A DNA stretch of 64,000 nt, from contig JAKSCV010000022.1 of NCBI GenBank assembly GCA_022360445.1, positions 1,868 through 65,867 on the forward strand, read 5' to 3'. The translations under genes were made by a program, and so were the position numbers. Shown here piece after piece: positions 61,189 to 64,000 of the stretch. How positions within the stretch are numbered: position 1 is the first letter of the stretch; each line of letters begins with the position of its first letter. The notes beneath the pieces are model-generated. The model ran no database searches. It had not been told where the DNA came from and worked only from the letters and a program-made list of their open reading frames with translations. The DNA is from Gammaproteobacteria bacterium (lineage in GTDB: Bacteria > Pseudomonadota > Gammaproteobacteria > UBA5861).

Positions 61189-62094
61189 CTATCTAATTTG
61201 TTTTAGCTTTGAGAGGGCATCCTCATAAAGTGTAAAGAGACTATCCGCCGATTTACTCCCGCCCACTGTAAAAGGCAACTCTAAAATAGGCACACCACTT
61301 TTCTTGCCGAGCCACTGAGCGCCTTTATCATCTTGATAATTAGCGATTAAAATAACATCGGGTTTCTTATCTTTCGTGCGGCTAAGTAAGCGCGCTAAAT
61401 GAGCACTCGTTGGAGGAATACCAGGTTTTGGTTCCAGGTCACCAGCCACTTCAACTTCCAACCACTTCAACAGATAACTCCAGTTTTTGTGATACACAAT
61501 CACCCTCTTTCCTCGCAGTGGAGCCGCCATGCTTTCCCATTTTTTTATAGAGGAACTCCATCGTGATATGAACTCAGCGTTTCTTTGCTGATAGTATTCA
61601 CTGTTATCAGCATCTATTTTTTTTAAGCGCTCGCTGAATGCTGCTGCTATTTTCAAAACCCGATATGGGTCCCAGTGCACATGGGGATTCCCAGCAGCAT
61701 GTACATCTCCCTGGCTTCGATCCAATGTTGCTGGTTTTTCAATGAGTTCCACTTGGTCGCTCGCTAAAAAATACCCGATCTGATTCTTTTGTATGTGGTA
61801 ATTTGATGATTTTGTTAACAATAACGGTAGCCAACCAATTTCAAGCTCTGCCCCTGTGCAGAAGATCAATTCTGAATTTCGAGCTTTCACGATGAGAGAC
61901 GGGCGAGCTTCGATATGGTGAGGGTCCTGAAAAGCGGTAGTAGCCGATTTAACATCAACTTTATCTCCGCCCAACAGTTCCGCTAACGATTGCCATTCGG
62001 GCTCACAAGCCAGTATGTCGAGTTTTGCAAATGCGACGCTCGGTATTAACCAGCTCAACAGGAATAAAATAGTCTGACATTGCCTAAAACTCAT
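61189..62094 (-). CDS. Zinc/metal ABC transporter substrate-binding protein (ZnuA-like)
   Basis: Signal peptide, QDPHHIEARPS, GAELEIGWLP, GDVHAAGNPHVHWDP, EPKPGIPPT. Confidence 0.9.
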   Translation of the reverse strand: MSFRQCQTILFLLSWLIPSVAFAKLDILACEPEWQSLAELLGGDKVDVKSATTAFQDPHHIEARPSLIVKARNSELIFCTGAELEIGWLPLLLTKSSNYHIQKNQIGYFLASDQVELIEKPATLDRSQGDVHAAGNPHVHWDPYRVLKIAAAFSERLKKIDADNSEYYQQRNAEFISRWSSSIKKWESMAAPLRGKRVIVYHKNWSYLLKWLEVEVAGDLEPKPGIPPTSAHLARLLSRTKDKKPDVILIANYQDDKGAQWLGKKSGVPILELPFTVGGSKSADSLFTLYEDALSKLKQIR

Positions 62095-63193
62095 GGGCAC
62101 CATGCGCTCCTATAGCCATGACATATTGTAACGACACAGCATTATTCACATTTTCAAATCCAGCACCTTGCTGTCGTGAATATTGCAGTCGAATCGTCGA
62201 GAAATGAGAATAAGACCAAGAGATCATCAGATCGGTTTCTTCCAGCTTCTGGTCGTGGAAATGATCTCCGTGGGCTTGTTTGAGTTTGGCTTCGCCTTGA
62301 CGAAGGCCAAGTGCCCATTGCGGGTGAAAACGATAAACTATCGAGGCGTACCAGCCTTCATGGTTATCATCATCAGTTGCGTATTCATTAAGATCATCAG
62401 CATAGATGTACTCGGCCGACAGGGTTAATTGATGATTTTTTGCATTCCCTAGAGGTGCCCACTTCCATACCGCATCCAAAATGTAGAGGTTCTCCGCGCT
62501 GTAGACTGCATTATGGGAGTGGCTATGTCCTTCATGCGTTTCTCCCTCGTGATCGTCTTCTATGGCCTTGAGTTTGTGCCGTATATAAGACGTTCCAAAC
62601 TGCCAACTATTGGATGCAGAAACATCTCCACCTATTTTTGTGCTAACGGTATAAACGCCAACCGATTCATCACCTACCCCACCCGCGAGCCGGTTGCCTT
62701 TAAACGTTTCAACGCCTATTTGCCAAAAGAACGGGGTTGGTATGAGTACATTGAGCCGCATACCGTCGTCAAAGTAATGAGCACCCAGTAATGCTCGATA
62801 AACAACTGGCCGCTCGGAAAACGCATCGCTATGTGTGTGATGGGAGTTTAAATATCCCACCTGCGACAGGAATCGACCAAAACGCATATCCAGCCCCATC
62901 CCCAGCCCTGTTGTGTTGATGAAAGCTTCCTCTATTTCAATTTCTGTTTCTCCATCATGGCTTTCAAAAACAGTTGTAAAGCGGCCCATGAAACGATCAT
63001 CGATGGCACTTTGTAGCGATAATTCCGTATGTCCTAGCCCAAATGAGCTACCGCGCTCTGAGAGAGCGGTAGCTTCTGATTTGTAAAAACCGTCCAGGAT
63101 AAGACTTACATCTGGATTTGCTGGGTTGGCAGAAACCTCCAACACGGGTGTGGAGGCCAATACCAGATAAGACAGTAAGCAAAAGAATCGCAT
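62084..63193 (-). CDS. Outer-membrane beta-barrel of zinc-regulated clusters, His-rich
   Basis: Signal peptide, NPDVSLILDG, EIEEAF, loop DDHEGETHEGHSHSH, and C-terminal IGAHGAHEF; start may be slightly further upstream. Confidence 0.75.
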   Translation of the reverse strand: MRFFCLLSYLVLASTPVLEVSANPANPDVSLILDGFYKSEATALSERGSSFGLGHTELSLQSAIDDRFMGRFTTVFESHDGETEIEIEEAFINTTGLGMGLDMRFGRFLSQVGYLNSHHTHSDAFSERPVVYRALLGAHYFDDGMRLNVLIPTPFFWQIGVETFKGNRLAGGVGDESVGVYTVSTKIGGDVSASNSWQFGTSYIRHKLKAIEDDHEGETHEGHSHSHNAVYSAENLYILDAVWKWAPLGNAKNHQLTLSAEYIYADDLNEYATDDDNHEGWYASIVYRFHPQWALGLRQGEAKLKQAHGDHFHDQKLEETDLMISWSYSHFSTIRLQYSRQQGAGFENVNNAVSLQYVMAIGAHGAHEF

Positions 63194-63212
63194 CTTTGCT
63201 CGATACTGCGTC

Positions 63213-64000
63213 CTAATGATCATGGTCGTGTTCATCACTTTCGACTAACCCCAACCAAACGAGCTTGGACACGGTAAAGTCAAGATTGATCGTTCGTAAT
63301 ACCGCGCCCGTGTTGCTATCAACCGCTACGATCTGCTGACCACTGATGTTTAGAATAAATACAGTATCTTCGGCGCGTGAAATGGTAATAACAGGGTTAA
63401 TGCCGTCTTCTGTCACTGCATCAATGACCTGAGCGGGTTCTGAAGCGGACCAATCAGAGTCGACAGTAAATAAATACAAATTTCCGTCATCACCCAGGAT
63501 ATAGAAAGTTTCTGCATGGGCAGTAAATCCTTGGGTAACACGTGATACACCATCAGGTAAGGATAATTCTCGGTACGGATCTGAAGGATTATTGGGATCG
63601 ATAACAAAAAATTGGTTGCCAGCAACACCCACAAATTCGTCTGTGTCATGATGAGAATAGAGGGTACCGATTCGACTGTCCTCAAGTAATGACGCCGGAT
63701 TGCTCAGTTTTATTGCTGGATCAGCCGGTTTTGTTAAATCAATCGCCAATACCCCATCACTGCATCCAAATGTAATAAATGCGTCGTTTGCCGCACTGCC
63801 ATGAAGCCTTGGGCATGCCTCAGAATAGCGATGTTCGAAAGATAAAATACCGTTAGAAAAGCTATATCGCTCAACGGCTGCTGGGAGCGTTGTATCGGTG
63901 ATGAGAGGGTCACGGTAAGTGACAAACAGGTGATCGTCAATAAGCTTTGCAACGCCATGCATATTGTTCGTTAAGGGCAGTTCAGATACAAGCTGGCCGT
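63213..64000 (-). CDS. Periplasmic beta-propeller metal chaperone, AztD-like (5'-truncated)
   Basis: The frame is open to the window edge; NMHGVA, CPRLHGSA, FGCSDGVL and C-terminal EHDHDH; upstream of the metal ABC genes. Confidence 0.65.
   Translation of the reverse strand, partial: GQLVSELPLTNNMHGVAKLIDDHLFVTYRDPLITDTTLPAAVERYSFSNGILSFEHRYSEACPRLHGSAANDAFITFGCSDGVLAIDLTKPADPAIKLSNPASLLEDSRIGTLYSHHDTDEFVGVAGNQFFVIDPNNPSDPYRELSLPDGVSRVTQGFTAHAETFYILGDDGNLYLFTVDSDWSASEPAQVIDAVTEDGINPVITISRAEDTVFILNISGQQIVAVDSNTGAVLRTINLDFTVSKLVWLGLVESDEHDHDH

Overview
This looks like a chromosomal segment of a (probably marine) gammaproteobacterium near the replication terminus, since a 28-bp Xer dif site lies at 57108-57135. 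From left to right it holds: the 3' part of acnB; a cytochrome c maturation cluster ccmCDEFHI without ccmA, ccmB or ccmG; a Pho-box-preceded C-P lyase operon phnCDEGHIJKLM plus DUF1045; and fadD. Next comes an accessory island (about 20.1-24.75 kb) with a broken TIGR01777 epimerase gene, an HUH/Y1 RAYT-like transposase gene between 32-bp inverted repeats, and a four-gene DUF2798/FMN reductase/pirin/LysR cargo closed by further copies of the same repeat. The rest contains rmuC-gph-ubiG-deaminase, fatty-acid and redox genes, cytochrome c' with cytochrome b, metY, a ParA-like relic, rbgA, metH divergent from sahR-metF with a palindromic operator, an acyltransferase-esterase fusion, fabI, a peptide ABC transporter, an astacin GlyGly-CTERM protease, tRNA-Val(GAC), ald, fetAB-like genes and a zinc-uptake-like cluster. 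The best candidate for an undescribed system is the RAYT-like nuclease with its repeat-bracketed cargo, where both cargo-facing repeats carry a short tandem duplication. All calls come from motif recognition by eye; no database searches were run.
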